A DNA stretch of 61,435 nt, counting the filler, from Nemertoderma westbladi (taxonomy: Eukaryota; Animalia; Xenacoelomorpha): the NCBI GenBank assembly GCA_032718475.1. It is 4 parts of 4 records of this genome, joined end to end, with 100 filler letters (N's around TTAATTAATTAA, not from the genome) between each part and the next. Parts side by side here need not be neighbours in the genome. Positions count along the whole stretch, not along the records: positions 1 to 25,730 come from JAUCBJ010003010.1; 3 more parts are not named here. One strand, 5' to 3'. The notes under the pieces are model-generated. The model was not told the origin of the DNA and made no database searches. It worked only from the letters and a program-made list of their open reading frames with translations. Of this stretch, positions 11,601-24,668 are shown one piece after another. Made by a program: the position numbers and the translations under genes. Each line of letters starts with the position of its first letter. Position 1 is the first letter of the stretch.

Positions 11601-14600
11601 GGGTGGTGGGTTGGGTAGGAATGGTTCGGCCGCGAAGAGGTGATGGGTAGGGTAGTAATGGTTCGGCCGTGAAGAGGTGATGGGTTGGGTAGGAATGGTT
11701 CGGCCGCGAAGGGGTGATGGGTTGGGTAGGAATGGTTCGGCCGCGTAGGGGTGATGGGTTGGGTAGGAATGGTTCGGCCGCGAAGGGGTGATAGGTTGGG
11801 TAGGAATGGTTCGGCCGCGAAGAGGTGGTGGGTTGGGTAAGAATGGTTCGGCCGCGAAGGGATGTGGGTTGGGTAGGAATGGTTCGGCCGCGTAGGGGTG
11901 ATGGGTTGGGTAGGAATGGTTCGGCCGCGAAGGGGTGGTGGGTTGGGTAGGAATGGTTCGGCCGCGTAGGGGTGATGGGTTGGGTAGGAATGGTTCGGCC
12001 GCGAAGGGGTGGTGGGTTGGGTAAGAATGGTTCGGCCGCGAAGGGATGTGGGTTGGGTAGGAATGGTTCGGCCGCGTAGGGGTGATGGGTTGGGTAGGAA
12101 TGGTTCGGCCGCGAAGGGGTGATGGGTTGGGTAGGAATGGTTCGGCCGCGTAGGGGTGATAGGTTGGGTAGGAATGGTTCGGCCGCGAAGGGGTGGTGGG
12201 TTGGGTAGGAATGGTTCGGCCGCGAAGGGGTGATGGGTTGGGTAGGAATGGTTCGGCCGCGAAGGGGTGGTGGGTTGGGTAGGAATGGTTCGGCCGCGTA
12301 GGGGTGATGGGTTGGGTAGGAATGGTTCGGCCGCGAAGGGGTGGTGGGTTGGGTAGGAATGGTTCGGCCGCGAAGGGATGTGGGTTGGGTAGGAATGGTT
12401 CGGCCGCGTAGGGGTGATGGGTTGGGTAGGAATGGTTCGGCCGCGAAGGGGTGATGGGTTGGGTAGGAATGGTTCGGCCGCGAAGGGGTGATGGGTTGGG
12501 TAGGAATGGTTCGGCCGCGAAGGGGTGATGGGTTGGGTAGGAATGGTTCGGCCGCGAAGGGGTGGTGGGTTGGGTAGGAATGGTTCGGCCGCGTAGGGTT
12601 GATGGGTTGGGTAGGAATGGTTCGGCCGCGAAGGGGTGGTGGGTTGGGTAGGAATGGTTCGGCCGCGTAGGGGTGATGGGTTGGGTAGGAATGGTTCGGC
12701 CGCGAAGGGGTGATGGGTTGGGTAGGAATGGTTCGGCCGCGTAGGGGTGATAGGTTGGGTAGGAATGGTTCGGCCGCGAAGGGGTGGTGGGTTGGGTAGG
12801 AATGGTTCGGCCGCGAAGGGGTGATGGGTTGGGTAGGAATGGTTCGGCCGCGAAGGGGTGGTGGGTTGGGTAGGAATGGTTCGGCCGCGTAGGGGTGATG
12901 GGTTGGGTAGGAATGGTTCGGCCGCGAAGGGGTGGTGGGTTGCGTAAGAATGGTTCGGCCTCGAAGTGATGTGGGTTGGGTAGGAATGGTTCGGCCGCGT
13001 AGGGGTGATGGGTTGGGTAGGAATGGTTCGGCCGCGAAGGGGTGATGGGTTGGGTAGGAATGGTTCGGCCGCGAAGGGGTGATGGGTTGGGTAGGAATGG
13101 TTCGGCCGCGAAGGGGTGGTGGGTTGGGTAGGAATGGTTCGGCCGCGTAGGGGTGATGGGTTGGGTAGGAATGGCTCGGCCGCGAAGGGGTGGTGGGTTG
13201 GGTAGGAATGGTTCGGCCGCGAAGGGGTGATGGGTTGGGTAGGAATGGTTCGGCCGCGTAGGGGTGATGGGTTGGGTAGGAATGGTTCGGCCGCGAAGGG
13301 GTGATGGGTTGGGTAGGGATGGTTCGGCCGCGAAGGGGTGATGGGTTGAGTAGGAATGGTTCGGCCGCGAAGGGGTGGTGGGTTGGGTAAGAATGGTTTG
13401 GCGCGAAGGGATGTGGGTTGGGTAGGAATGGTTCGTTCGGCCGCGTAGGGGTGATGAGTTGGGTAGGAATGGTTCGGCCGCGAAGGGGTGGTGGGTTGGG
13501 TAAGAATGGTTCGGCCGCAAAGGGATGTGGGTTGAGTAGGAATGGTTCGGCCGCGAAGGGGTGGTGGGTTGGGTAAGAATGGTTCGGCCGCGAAGGGATG
13601 TGGGTTGGGTAGGAATGGTTCGGCCGCGTAGGGGTGATGGGTTGGGTAGGAATGGTTCGGCCGCGAAGGGATGTGGTTTGGGTAGGAATGGTTCGGCCGC
13701 GTAGGGGTGATGGGTTGGGTAGGAATGGTTCGGCCGCGAAGGGGTGGTGGGTTGGGTAAGAATGGTTCGGCCGCGAAGGGATGTGGGTTGGGTAGGAATG
13801 GTTCGTTCGGCCGCGTAGGGGTGATGGGTTGGGTAAGAATGGTTCGGCCGCGAAGGGCTGATGGGTTGGGTAGGAATGGTTCGGCCGGATAGGGGTGATG
13901 GGTTGGGTAGGAATGGTTCGGCCGCGAAGGGGTGGTGGGTTGGGTAAGAATGGTTCGGCCGCGAAGGGGTGATGGGTTGGGTAGGAATGGTTCGGCCGCG
14001 ACGGGGTGGTGGGTTGGGTAGGAATGGTTCGGCCGCGAAGAGGTGATGGGTTGGGTGGGAATGGTTCGGCCGTGAAGAGGTGATGGGTTGGGTAGGAATG
14101 GTTCGGCCGCGAAGGGGTGATGGGTTGGGTAGGAATGGTTCGGCCGCGAAGGGGTGGTGGGTTGGGTAGGAATGGTTCGGCCGCGAAGAGGTGATGGGTT
14201 GGGTAGGAATGGTTCGGCCGCGAAGAGGTGATGGGTTGGGTAGGAATGGTTCGGCTGCGAAGAGGTGATGGGTTGGGTAGGAATGGTTCGGCCGCGTAGG
14301 GGTGATGGGTTGGGTAGGAATGGTTCGGCCGCGAAGGGGTAATGGGTTGGGTAGGAATGGTTCGGCCGCGAAGGGGTGGTGGGTTGGGTAGGAATGGTTC
14401 GGCCGCGAAGAGGTGATGGGTTGGGTAGGAATGGTTCGGCCGCGTAAGGGTGATGGGTTGGGTAGGAATGGTTCGGCCGCGAAGGGGTAATGGGTAGGGT
14501 AGGAATGGTTCGGCCGCGAAGGGGTGGTGGGTTGGGTAGGAATGGTTCGGCCGCGAAGAGGTGATGGGTTGGGTAGGAATGGTTCGGCCGCGTAGGGGTG

Positions 14601-15015
14601 ATGGGTTGGGTAGGAATGGTTCGGCCGCGAAGGGGTAATGGGTTGGGTAGCAATGGTTCGGCCGCGAAGGGGTGGTGGGTTGGGTAGGAATGGTTCGGCC
14701 GCGAAGGGGTAATGGGTTGGGTAGGAATGGTTCGGCCGCGAAGGGGTGGTGGGTTGGATAGGAATGGTTCGGCCGCGAAGAGGTGATGGGTTGGGTAGGA
14801 ATGGTTCGGCCGCGAAGAGGTGATGGGTTGGGTAGGAATGGTTCGGCCGCGTAGGGGTGATGGGTTGGGTAGTAGGGGTGATCGGTTGGGTAGGAATGGT
14901 TCGGCCGCGAAGGGGTGATGGGTTGGGTAGGAATGGTTTGGCCGCGAAGGGGTGGTGGGTTGGGTAGGAATTGTTTGGTCGCGCAGGGGTGGTTCGGTGG
15001 TGGGTTGTGTATGGT
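8663..15015. repeat. 37-bp G-rich satellite, main array (~6.3 kb, roughly 170 units)
   Basis: Continuous tandem units of 35-37 bp with recurrent variants; the long minus-strand ORFs are a by-product of the repeat. Confidence 0.98.
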
Positions 15016-15904
15016 TCGGATGAACTGAGAAACTTTTGCGCTTTGCCAAAATTTTTCATAGTTATCCAGTAAGTATATACGTGTAAAGCGTGGGAATGCG
15101 TGGCAAGGAGAATTGTAAAGTTATTATATATAAAACGCAGTTGGGGGATGACAAAATGAAAGTAAATTCAAATCTGAACGTAATCCGTACCTGTGCTTGA
15201 GACTGTGACTAAGAATACCATATAATACAATATTATATTGAATGTGTGGTTGTCGAAGAACATAGGAAATATGGTAACCCCCCCCCCCCCCCCCCCCCCA
15301 CCTTCCCCCATGCTGTAAATCATTATTACATTACATTTTCGGACCTCATCTGTTCGTAAACACCATAGTAGAATAATATTGATAATGATTCCCTATATAA
15401 GACTAAGACAGTAGATTAGCCGAACGCGACAAGTAGAGGTAGCGTGAATTTTTGAGTAGCCGGAACGCGACTTTGAAAGTCGCGAACGGCTACTCTCCCA
15501 ACAAATTAGCCGTAGCGCGACGATACCATTATTTATTAGCAATAATTTAACATTATAAGGTCCGCTGTAATTATCAACAAACCATAAATAATTATTATTA
15601 TTTTCTTTATGTTTGCAGCGCCGCATATATTATTTAACAGTGATTTGCATCTAAGACTCTAGTAAATCTCATTATATCCTTTATTACATTATTTATCACC
15701 CACTTATTTAGCCGAGGGTTTCGTTAACTCCCCGTCGATAAATAACTCGTAATCACTATTTACATTCTTGTGTGTAAAGTAGCACAGCACTTTACAGTGT
15801 AATGATCCGAGTGGATTGTTACACGAACGAACGTAGTGAGAGTGTGAAAATAAAGCCACGAGGATCAGAATACTGTTAAGTACTTTACAACAAGTATGTA
15901 TGTA

Positions 15905-16336
15905 GTTTTATTCCAAAATTTTAACATTACGAAATGATTGTACATATACATTATAAGTGATAGAAACTCAACAAATTATATTAGTTGCTGTATAAATAAA
16001 TGTAAAAACGAAATCAATTATGTTATAAAAAAGTTAGCTTATATTTATGGTGGCGTTTGAAGCCATGTTAATAGTTTATAGCTACTGGTTATTAGTTGCC
16101 ACCGGTAGATAATACTGTAGTCCTATCTGGCTGTCAGGCAATTAATAATAAATACCTAATATTGTTTATGTGGTAACCATGACGCCGTGACTTTACGGTC
16201 ATGCCTTCGGGACATTATACATAAATAATAATACACCAATACAATACTGTAATGTCCCGAAAGTTGTAAAGAGCTAAATAACAACTCGCTGTTAATACTA
16301 ACGGCATTGAGTAATGTTACAATTTTGGAATAAAAT
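15905..16336. mobile_element. Possible small MITE-like element
   Basis: GTTTTATTCCAAAATTTTAACATTAC (15905) is nearly the reverse complement of GTAATGTTACAATTTTGGAATAAAAT (to 16336). Confidence 0.4.
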
Positions 16337-16849
16337 AACTAAATACACCATGTCCTGGAATATGGTGTCTTTATTTAGGTACCCGCCCCCATCAAATTTT
16401 TCTACAAAACTTAATGAGATTGCATGAAATTTGAAACAGAGATAGTTTCACCTCCCGACCACTGACTGGGTGAGCCAGAATTTTTATTTTCGCCTTCATC
16501 CTTTAGCTACAAGCGTTTGAAGAAGGTGTCTCTGACGATATTTCACCATATGTTCACCGCAGTTATTCTTCAACCTTATAACGATTTGATGATATTGACG
16601 GAAAGCTGGCCTGGCCATGCAAGGATTCCAAATATTTATCACAATCTGATTTTCATCATAGAATAACTGAGATACGGGCGTTCAAATATGGCATGGTTTT
16701 GCACCTGTGCGAAGCTCTTTATTCTATTTAATAAATAATATGATTAAATTAATATATATAGTCACATTTCTACAATTGATTTAAAATAATCATAATGATT
16801 AAACAATAAACAATTCCTCCAGGAGAGTAGCATATAAATTAATTAGTTC

Positions 16850-17010
16850 CCAAGACATTATTGAAGCCCTAATACATTTCAGGGTCAAGATCCCGCACAC
16901 CCACTCCATCACCGAAACCGAGACTCCTCCATGGTCTCCTTCCACCCCTGAGACACAGTGACGCAGCCCGCAACAGCCCAAACTGCAATCACCTCCTCAC
17001 AGCACCCAAC
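16850..17010 (-). mobile_element. 3' end of the CRE-like LINE, separated from the rest by the TIR-element insertion
   Basis: Translates to ...SVSVMEWVCGILTLKCIRAS, like CRE ORF C-termini; rejoins 24669+ through the ACCCAAC TSD. Confidence 0.55.
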
Positions 17011-17273
17011 CATGGAATACTAAATATACACGGAAGGACAAATGTATCATACCCCTGGAGGCAATCTTTTTATTTTATAAAACGATAGATATGGATGACA
17101 GAAAACCGCTGCTAAATTTTTTTCCAAATCTGTTGTGCCGTTTTTGAGATATAGCATTTTATATAACGCTCCCATGGCCTACTATATATACACGGCCTAA
17201 TAAGCTGCATTTTGAGGCCATTCAAAAAGAGACCAGTTTTTTTTACAACAATTTGATATTTTGATATAATTCT

Positions 17274-17956
17274 TTAATTTGACTGAATTGAAGTCTCCTC
17301 GTTAAGCAAGATACTAAATTATATGGTAGCTAGTGTTTTAGGTAGGTTTAGCTAGTAATTTTGACACTGGTTCCGACATCCTACTTCCTTCTATAAATAT
17401 TTTGTAGTAGCTAGTTCTTATTACTATTTGTATAGAAAATGTTCCAGAACATGTTAGCTATTCATTTTTAAAAAAATATGTTCTAGAACAAATACTTTTT
17501 GTTCTAGAACATTTTTTAGAAAAAAATCTGGATTCTATTTAAAACGCATGGCATCGTTCTAAAACGTGTTTAAAATCAATAAAAAAATTGTGAAAAAAAA
17601 CATTGAAAAAAAACATTGAGAAAAAATTTAAAAAAGTTTTTCTTTTTTTTTTTAATTTTAAACACGTTTTAGAACGATGCCATGCGTTTTAAATAGAATG
17701 CAGATTTTTTTCTAAAAAATGTTCTAGAACAAAAAATATTTGTTCTAGAACATATTTTTTTTTAAATGAATGGCTGACATGTTCTGGAACATTTTCTATA
17801 CAAATAGTAATAAGAACTAGCTACTACAAAATATTTATAGAAGGAAGTAGGATGTCGAACCAGTTTCGAAATTACTAGCTAAACCTACCTAAAACACTAG
17901 CTACCATATAATTTAGTATCTTGCTTAACGAGGAGACTTCAATTCAGTCAAATTAA
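17274..17956. mobile_element. Foldback/palindromic MITE (~300-bp arms) inserted in the left TIR
   Basis: TTAATTTGACTGAATTGAAG...CTTCAATTCAGTCAAATTAA with near-perfect arms and an A/T-rich spacer; absent from the right TIR. Confidence 0.9.
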
Positions 17957-18687
17957 TAGTACGGGCTCTGGCGGCGTTAACCCTGACACTGTTATTGACA
18001 TTGAATTGACACTGTTAAGCGCAATACCTTCATTAAATTAACGAGACTATTATTTTTTGATGGAGGACCATGTTAGACGTCAGAACACAGTTGGTGATCG
18101 GTATAGCTAATTTGCATTCTAGAACTACAGGCCAAAAACAAGCTAGCTAGCCGACCCCTACCTAACTCTATGTTGGGCCCTCTGGTTGAATATAAATCAT
18201 ATTCACATCAATTTTTTCAAATGAACATTATTCTTATAGAGGGAAGACCGGCGATTAATTTAAATACAAATATATCGCCACTTTTATTTTCTAAATGCGA
18301 TAAATTTACATGAGAACAAAATACTTTAACTTTTTTTAAGAAACCAACATTTACATTAACTGCAATAAAATGTAGCTACTTTGGTTTAACACGTTCAAAT
18401 ATGTATCAAAATTTGCGCTAATTATTTCTGCATTCACCCATGCAACTCATTTTGGATGAGTACTAAATCCTCCTAGTCAATTAGCCCGATTATTATCGTA
18501 TAACCCATAATCAGAGAATATTCAGAGAAAGGATACTCTCTGACATTTGGAAATATTTTCTACAGTTACTAAGGTAACTAACAATTCTGTGAACGGCACT
18601 CCCTTACTGTACATGTATTACCTGGCGTTGTGTAGTTTCTAGGCGACTGACTGTATACACTAAACACGCAGGCACAATCAAGTCGTT

Positions 18688-20040
18688 TGGTTTTTTTAAT
18701 ATAATTCTGAAACAAACGCAGTTGGGAATCTGAAATTTTGTGACTTTCCTTAATATCTATTGTCTTCATAGAAGTGCAAAGCGTTTTAAAAAATATTGGG
18801 TAGTTTTCGAGTTATAGCACAATTTTTTAACCCTACTTTTGGCACTTTTTTGAGACGTTTTTTGAAAATTACATTTCATTAAATATTGTTTGGAACATCT
18901 CTATTTTTGATTTACACCGGTTTTTTTTGTTCGCAATTGGATGGAATTCATATAACTTGATTTAGAAATTTCAAACTTGTTTTTTTCGGCGGGTGCCAAA
19001 TTTTGGTGCCAGCACGAAATTTTGAATATCCATTCAATATAAAAAATTGCTTGTGACAATTTATTTCTTGCGTTTTAGAGGTTTATGGCTGTTCTGAATT
19101 CAATGGAATATATAATTATCGAACTAGACATCTCAAACTTGTATTTTTTGAAAGTGGGTGCAAAATGTGGTGCTAGCACCAAATTTTGAAAACCATCAAA
19201 TATATCAATTGATTGTGTCACCTTGTTTCTTGCGGTATACGGGTTTGTTAGGGTTCTGAATTCAATGGAATCAGTAAAAATTTCATAAGAGTTTTCAAAC
19301 TTGTATTTTTCGCCGGTGGGTGAAAATTGTTGTGCCAGCACCAAATTTTGGAAAATGAGTAAATTGATCAGTAGATATTATCATTTTGTTTCTTGCGTTA
19401 TACGGGTTTATGAGGGTCCTGAATCCGAGGGAATCAATAAAAACAGCACTGGAGATCGCAAACTTGTACTTTTTGTTGATGGGTACGAAATTTGGTGCTA
19501 GCACCAAAATTGGCCCAATTACGCCGAAAAATACAAGTAGCAATGATTTGGCATATTTGAAATGTATTCCGTTAGAATCAGCGCCCTAGAAAACCTGAAA
19601 ATGTAAATTTATAGCATCGTATAAGTGAATTAAAAATTTTGTGTTCTAACTGAAAAGTGCTGGTTACTTGTTTTTTTCAATTTTTTCCTACGCAGAGACG
19701 ACTAAACAGCCATTTATGGTAAACATATCATTTTTAAATATTTTGCAATGCATTTTGCGCCCCAGAAAACCTGTATTGAAAAAGAATTAGCCGAAAAATG
19801 TAACTTTCAAATTTTGTGAAAATTGTGCACTACTTGTAATTTTGGTGCTGCAATGTTACCACCCCAGTACATTTTTTCGAAAAAATTTTTTTTCCGTCGG
19901 ATCCAGACTAGTAATACCTACGTACATACAAAAAATCAGACGTTTTCGTAAAAATTTGTAGATTTTAGAGGGGGGGGTCAATATGACCCCCCTCCCCGGT
20001 ATTTGTACAGCATTTTATAGCCCGGTACTAATAGGGTTAA
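18688..20040. mobile_element. piggyBac-like non-autonomous element, copy 1 (one intact end)
   Basis: Ends in ...ACTAATAGGG-TTAA. Internal recurring palindromic AAATTTTGGTGCCAGCACCAAATTT motifs; direct repeat of 21797-23921. Confidence 0.65.
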
Positions 20041-20099
20041 AGCAGCCCCCTGTGTTTTTTTTTAAATAAGAGTTAGTAGTTTACGTACCGCCGATGTTT

Positions 20100-21159
20100 C
20101 GGAATTTTAGGAAAATTAATATCAGGCTCTGGGTTTGAAGACATCATATATCAGTCAGGGATTTGTACAGATGGGGCGATAAGTACCATTATATCAAATT
20201 CACCACATTACAACCTGTGTTGGTACATACATAGCCATTTTTCTGAGTCCCTTGAAAGGCTTATGTTTGAACGATTTGTAATAGAACAACCCGAACTGGA
20301 GTGGAGGATATCGAAATCAAAGCAAAATTTAGGTACTGATCTCGCAAATGAACAATGCGAACACGACAAATACATTTTGCAGCAGTACAGCAAATTTACC
20401 AATGACTGCAAATTAGGTGTTTACGGTATTACTCCTATGTTTTGGACAATTTGTTACCTTGAAATATACACTGCAATCCAAGCTCTTCACTGCGCAGTAC
20501 AAACAAATAACCGTTTGAACTAAAAATTTGAGATAATAAATATGCTTGGAAGTATCTTATAGCATGGGCGTTTTCACTAAACAAACAAAACTATTCTCGA
20601 TTTGGCTCATATTACATCAGAAGTTTAGAGACTATAGACATATCTCACCCAGGTTGCCGACAAATTATTCAAGAAAAGGGCTTATCTGTCCAGGCACAGG
20701 ACAAATACTTATGCCGCACTTCCATAGATCAACGAGGGGAGCAGACCATAAACAAAGAATGATGCTAAAGTAGCTGGTGGTATCAAGTACTTTGCAACAA
20801 ATGAAGATGCAGTACTTAGTACGTAAATGGACATTGAATCGAGCTGCACAAGCAGAAAACACAAAAGCTCTGTGCGAAATGGCTAATATTAAGCGACACT
20901 CTGAATTATACAAGTTACTCCGTCCTTCTGGCATTTTTAAATCATATAATAATAAATAAATAAATAAATAATATTATCACGATAAATCGATTCAAAGATC
21001 ATGGCTGGAATGATGATGGATCCATCCAGTGGTCGGATGAGTATTTCCCTGATTACATCAGCAATATTTTGATACATTGTGACGAGGAACAAGAAAGCGG
21101 CAAAGATAGTGGCTGGCGAAGATAGTGAAACGAGCGATGAGGATGAAGAAAGTGATTAG
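20100..21159 (+). pseudogene. Degenerate Academ(X)-like transposase fragment
   Basis: Across frames: LGKLISGSGFEDIIYQSGICTDG...HYNLCWYIH...LERLMFERF; DQRGEQTIN...DAK; KWTLNR; C-terminal DHGWNDDGSIQWSDEYFPDYISNIL plus acidic tail. I recognise these motifs from Academ-type transposases. Stops, frameshifts and a large internal deletion. Confidence 0.6.
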
Positions 21160-21359
21160 TTTAGGACAACTTTCATGATTCATTTGGCATTATTACCAAT
21201 GCATTTACATTATACTGTATTAGTAGTAATATACAATATATTTATTGATAATTACTAAAATTAAATAGTTAAATAAGCACCAAAGTTCTGGCGACAAGGC
21301 AGAAAGGCTCTGCAAATCTGATTGCACTACCGGATGCTAAACTTACTACGTATATGTGG

Positions 21360-21720
21360 AGACATACTGTAGGACAGTGAAGTAGAAAATGATGTTCGTC
21401 CTGTACAGCTGAGTTGTCGCACTGACAGACTCGCATATCCCGCGTAGTTCTACTCCACCGACCCTTCTCGATTCTTAAACTATGTGAGCTTAACCTAATT
21501 CGTGTAAAAGCAATACATCTATAGTCCGGTATATAACAGTTTTCTGCCTTATAAATAAGATGTGGTAAAAGAGATGAATTTACTATTCTCCTGTACATAA
21601 CAAATTTTGTAGCGGACATCGGTTTGTTAATTATACGCTGTCATACAGTACCTAGTGGGTCTGTAATGTCAAAGTCTAATGAAGAATTAAGTAACTTATA
21701 ACCAGGAGTGTTTGCATTCT
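21360..21720 (-). mobile_element. LINE ORF2 C-terminal zinc-finger fragment
   Basis: RIRLSSHSLRIEKGRW...RVCQCDNSAVQDEHHFLLHCP. Confidence 0.8.
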
Positions 21721-21796
21721 TACATCATTTGAATATACAGTGGAATATCCATATATATGTTTTTAACCCTAACCCTAAACCCTAAATCCATCCCAT

Positions 21797-23921
21797 GGTT
21801 TTTTTATTATAATTCTGAAACAAACGCAGTTGGGAATCTGAAATTTTAGGACTTTTCCTAAAAATCTATTGTCTTCCTAGTAATGAAAACTGTTTTCAAA
21901 AATATTGGGTAGTTTTCGAGTTATAGCACCATTTTTTAACCCTACTTTTGGTACTTTTTTTGAGACGTTTTTTGAAAATTACATTTCATTAAATATTAAT
22001 TGTAACATCTCTATTTTTGATTTATACCGGTTTTTTGGTGTTAGCAATTGGATGGAATTCATATAAATTGATTTAGAAATTTCAAACTTGTTTTTTTCGG
22101 CGGGTGCCAAATTTTGGTGGCAGCACCAAATTTTGAAATATGTCAATTTTGTAAATTGATTGTTTGAAACTTGTTTTTACGCAATTGGGGTTTTTTGGGG
22201 TTCTGGTTTCGATAAAACATATACGAGTTGCACCAAGCGTATCAAACTTTTATTTTTCGGTGCTGTGTGCAAATTTTGAAAAAATTTCGAAATTTTGAAA
22301 ATCCATTCAATAGATAAAATTGCTTGTGAAAATTTATTTCTTGCATTTTAGAGGTTTATGGCTGTTCTGAATTCAATGGAATATATAATTATCGCACTAG
22401 ACATCTCAAACTTGTATTTTTCGGAAGTGGGTGCAAAATGTGGTGCTAGCACCAAATTTTGAAAACCATCAAATATATCAATTGATTGTGTCATCTTGTT
22501 TCTTGCGTTATACGGGTTTGTTAGGGTTCTGAATTCAATGGAATCAGTAAAAATTTTATAAGAGTTTTCAAACTTGTATTTTTCGCCGGTGGGTGAAAAT
22601 TGTTGTGCCAGCACCAAATTTTGGAAAATGAGTAAATAAATTGATCAGTAGATAGTATCATCTTGTTTCTTGCGTTATACGGGTTTATGCGGGTCCTGAA
22701 TCCGATGGAATCAATAAAAACAGCACTGGACATCGCAAACTTGTACTTCTTGGTGATGGGTACGAAATTTGGTGCTAGCACCAAAAGTTGCCAAATTACG
22801 CCGAAAAATACAAGTAGCAATGATCTGCCATATTTGAAATGAATTCCATTAGAATCAGCGCCCTAGAAAACCTGAAAATGTGAATTTATAGCATCGTATA
22901 AGTGAATTAAAAATGTTGTGTTCTAACTGAAAAGTGCTGGTTACTTGTTTTTTTCATTTTTTTCCTACGCGTAGAGGACTAAACAGCCATTTATGGTAAT
23001 CATATCATTTTTAAATATTTTCCAATGTATTTTGCGCCCCAGAAAACCTGTATTGAAAAACAATTAGCCGAAAAATGTGTGACGGGATCCGAGAATCCCG
23101 ACTGGTGTTGTTTATGTACGCGTCAGCCGCACCGTGTGATGGAAAAGGAATTTGTTGTTCCGACGTTCTTAATAATATAGATATATATGTGATGTACAGA
23201 TGTAAATACAATAGCAGATAGCAACTGGTTATATGTTAATAGACCAGTAATATGGGTGACGGCGGTGACGGTCTTAAACTGTCACCGTACTGCCATGACT
23301 GTACTGAGATAACTGAGCGACTGAATAACACCGACCAGTAATATACTACACTACCTTTGGCCGTGTTACTCAGCTGATGGCCTGCTGTCCCCCCATTGGC
23401 CGACAACCTAATTCTCGCCCTGAACATTGTGGGAGTGTTTCCCCCCCCCCCCCCCCCCCCCCCCCGCTGCTGTTACTCTCTCTCCTTGAGGTACCTTGAC
23501 CTCTAACCTCTATTGTGTGAGGCCCTTTGGGGTTTGTCGTCCCCGTTGCCGTTTATTGGGGGTGGTACGAGGTTGATTGGCAATCAACCTCGTGCTTCCC
23601 AATATTGCTTAAAGGCCCTGCTTTCCCACTTATTGGGGTTGGTGAGGCGGAATTGAATACGCTCACAAAATGTAACTTTCAAATTTTGTGAAAATTGTGC
23701 ACTACTTGTAATTTTGGTGCTGTAATATTACCACCCCAGTACATTTTTTCGAAAATCTTTTTTCGGTCGGATCCACACTAGTGATACCTACGTACAAACA
23801 AAAAATCAGACGTTTTCGTTAATATTTGTAGATTTTAGAGGGAGGGGTCAATATGACCCCCCCCCCCCCCCCCCCCCGGTATTTTGTACAGCATTTTATA
23901 GCCCGGTACTAATAGGGTTAA
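21797..23921. mobile_element. piggyBac-like non-autonomous element, copy 2, carrying a solo LTR
   Basis: Direct repeat of 18688-20040 ending AGGG-TTAA; has ~190 bp missing from copy 1. Confidence 0.65.
23078..23667 (-). mobile_element. Solo LTR of a BEL/Pao family related to the 42182-42761 LTR
   Basis: TGTGA...TCACA with 5-bp TSD AAATG (23073-23077, 23668-23672). The empty site is visible in copy 1 (CCGAAAAATGTAAC, ~19791). Colinear similarity to 42182-42761. Confidence 0.9.
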
Positions 23922-24668
23922 GGATTTATGTAATAAAATTTTTCCTAGGCTTAAAAATACGTTACCTTAATGAATGCAGAAATAATTAGCGCAAATTTTG
24001 ATACATGTTTGAACGTGTTAAACCAAAGTAGCTACATTTCATTGCAGTTAATGTAAATGTTGGTTTCTTAAAAAAAGTGAAAGTATTTTGTTCTCATGTA
24101 AATTTATCGCATTTAAAAAATAAAAGTGGCGATATATTTGTATTTAAATTAATCGCCGGTCTTCCCTCTATAAGAATAATGTTCATTTGAAAAAATTGAT
24201 TGCATTTATATTCAACCAGAGGGCCCAACATAGAGTTAGGTAGGGGTCGGCTAGCTAGCTTGTTTTTGGCCTGTAGTTCTAGAATGCAATTTAGCTATAC
24301 CGATCACCAACTGTGTTCTGACGTCTAACATGGTCCTCCATCCAAAAATAATAGTCTCGTTAATTTACCGAAGGTATTGCGCTTAACGCCGCCAGAGCCC
24401 GTACTATAAAGAATTATATCAAAATATCAATTTGTTGTAAAAAAGTGGTCTCTTTTTGAATGGCCTCAAAAAGGCCGTGTATATATAGTAGGCCATGCGA
24501 GCGTTATATAATATGCTATATCTCAAAAACGGCACGACAGATTTGGAAAAAAAAAAATTTTCTGCAGCGGTTTTCTGTCAGCCATATCTATCGTTTTATA
24601 AAATAAAAAGATTGCCTCCAGGGGTCGTATGATACATTTGTCCTTCCGTGTATATTTAGTATTCCATG

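Larger units (their letters stand above)
17011..24668. mobile_element. 7.66-kb DNA transposon with ~700-bp terminal inverted repeats (P/Galileo-like termini)
   Basis: Left TIR 17011-18436 (interrupted by a MITE) is the reverse complement of 23971-24668. Termini CATGG...CCATG; 7-bp TSD ACCCAAC (17004-17010 and 24669-24675). Confidence 0.88.

Noticed and set aside
2765-15015. CRISPR array (37-bp repeat with an internal palindrome)
   Set aside because: Units are head-to-tail with no unique spacers, there are no cas genes, and the context is eukaryotic.
8589-15059. 2156-aa and 1855-aa Pro/His-rich ORFs (also 2743-3259)
   Set aside because: The C-rich strand of the 37-bp unit has no stop in any frame, so overlapping giant ORFs arise automatically. 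Frame-shifting 35/36-bp units are tolerated and one ORF ends inside an LTR.
18578-18630. THAP-like start (PGNTCTVRECRS) supporting a P transposase
   Set aside because: Only two Cys, no ATG, immediate stops, and it points outward into the TIR; too weak.
21763-21787. Telomere (TAACCC repeats)
   Set aside because: Only about three degenerate units, interstitial, at a junction between repeats.
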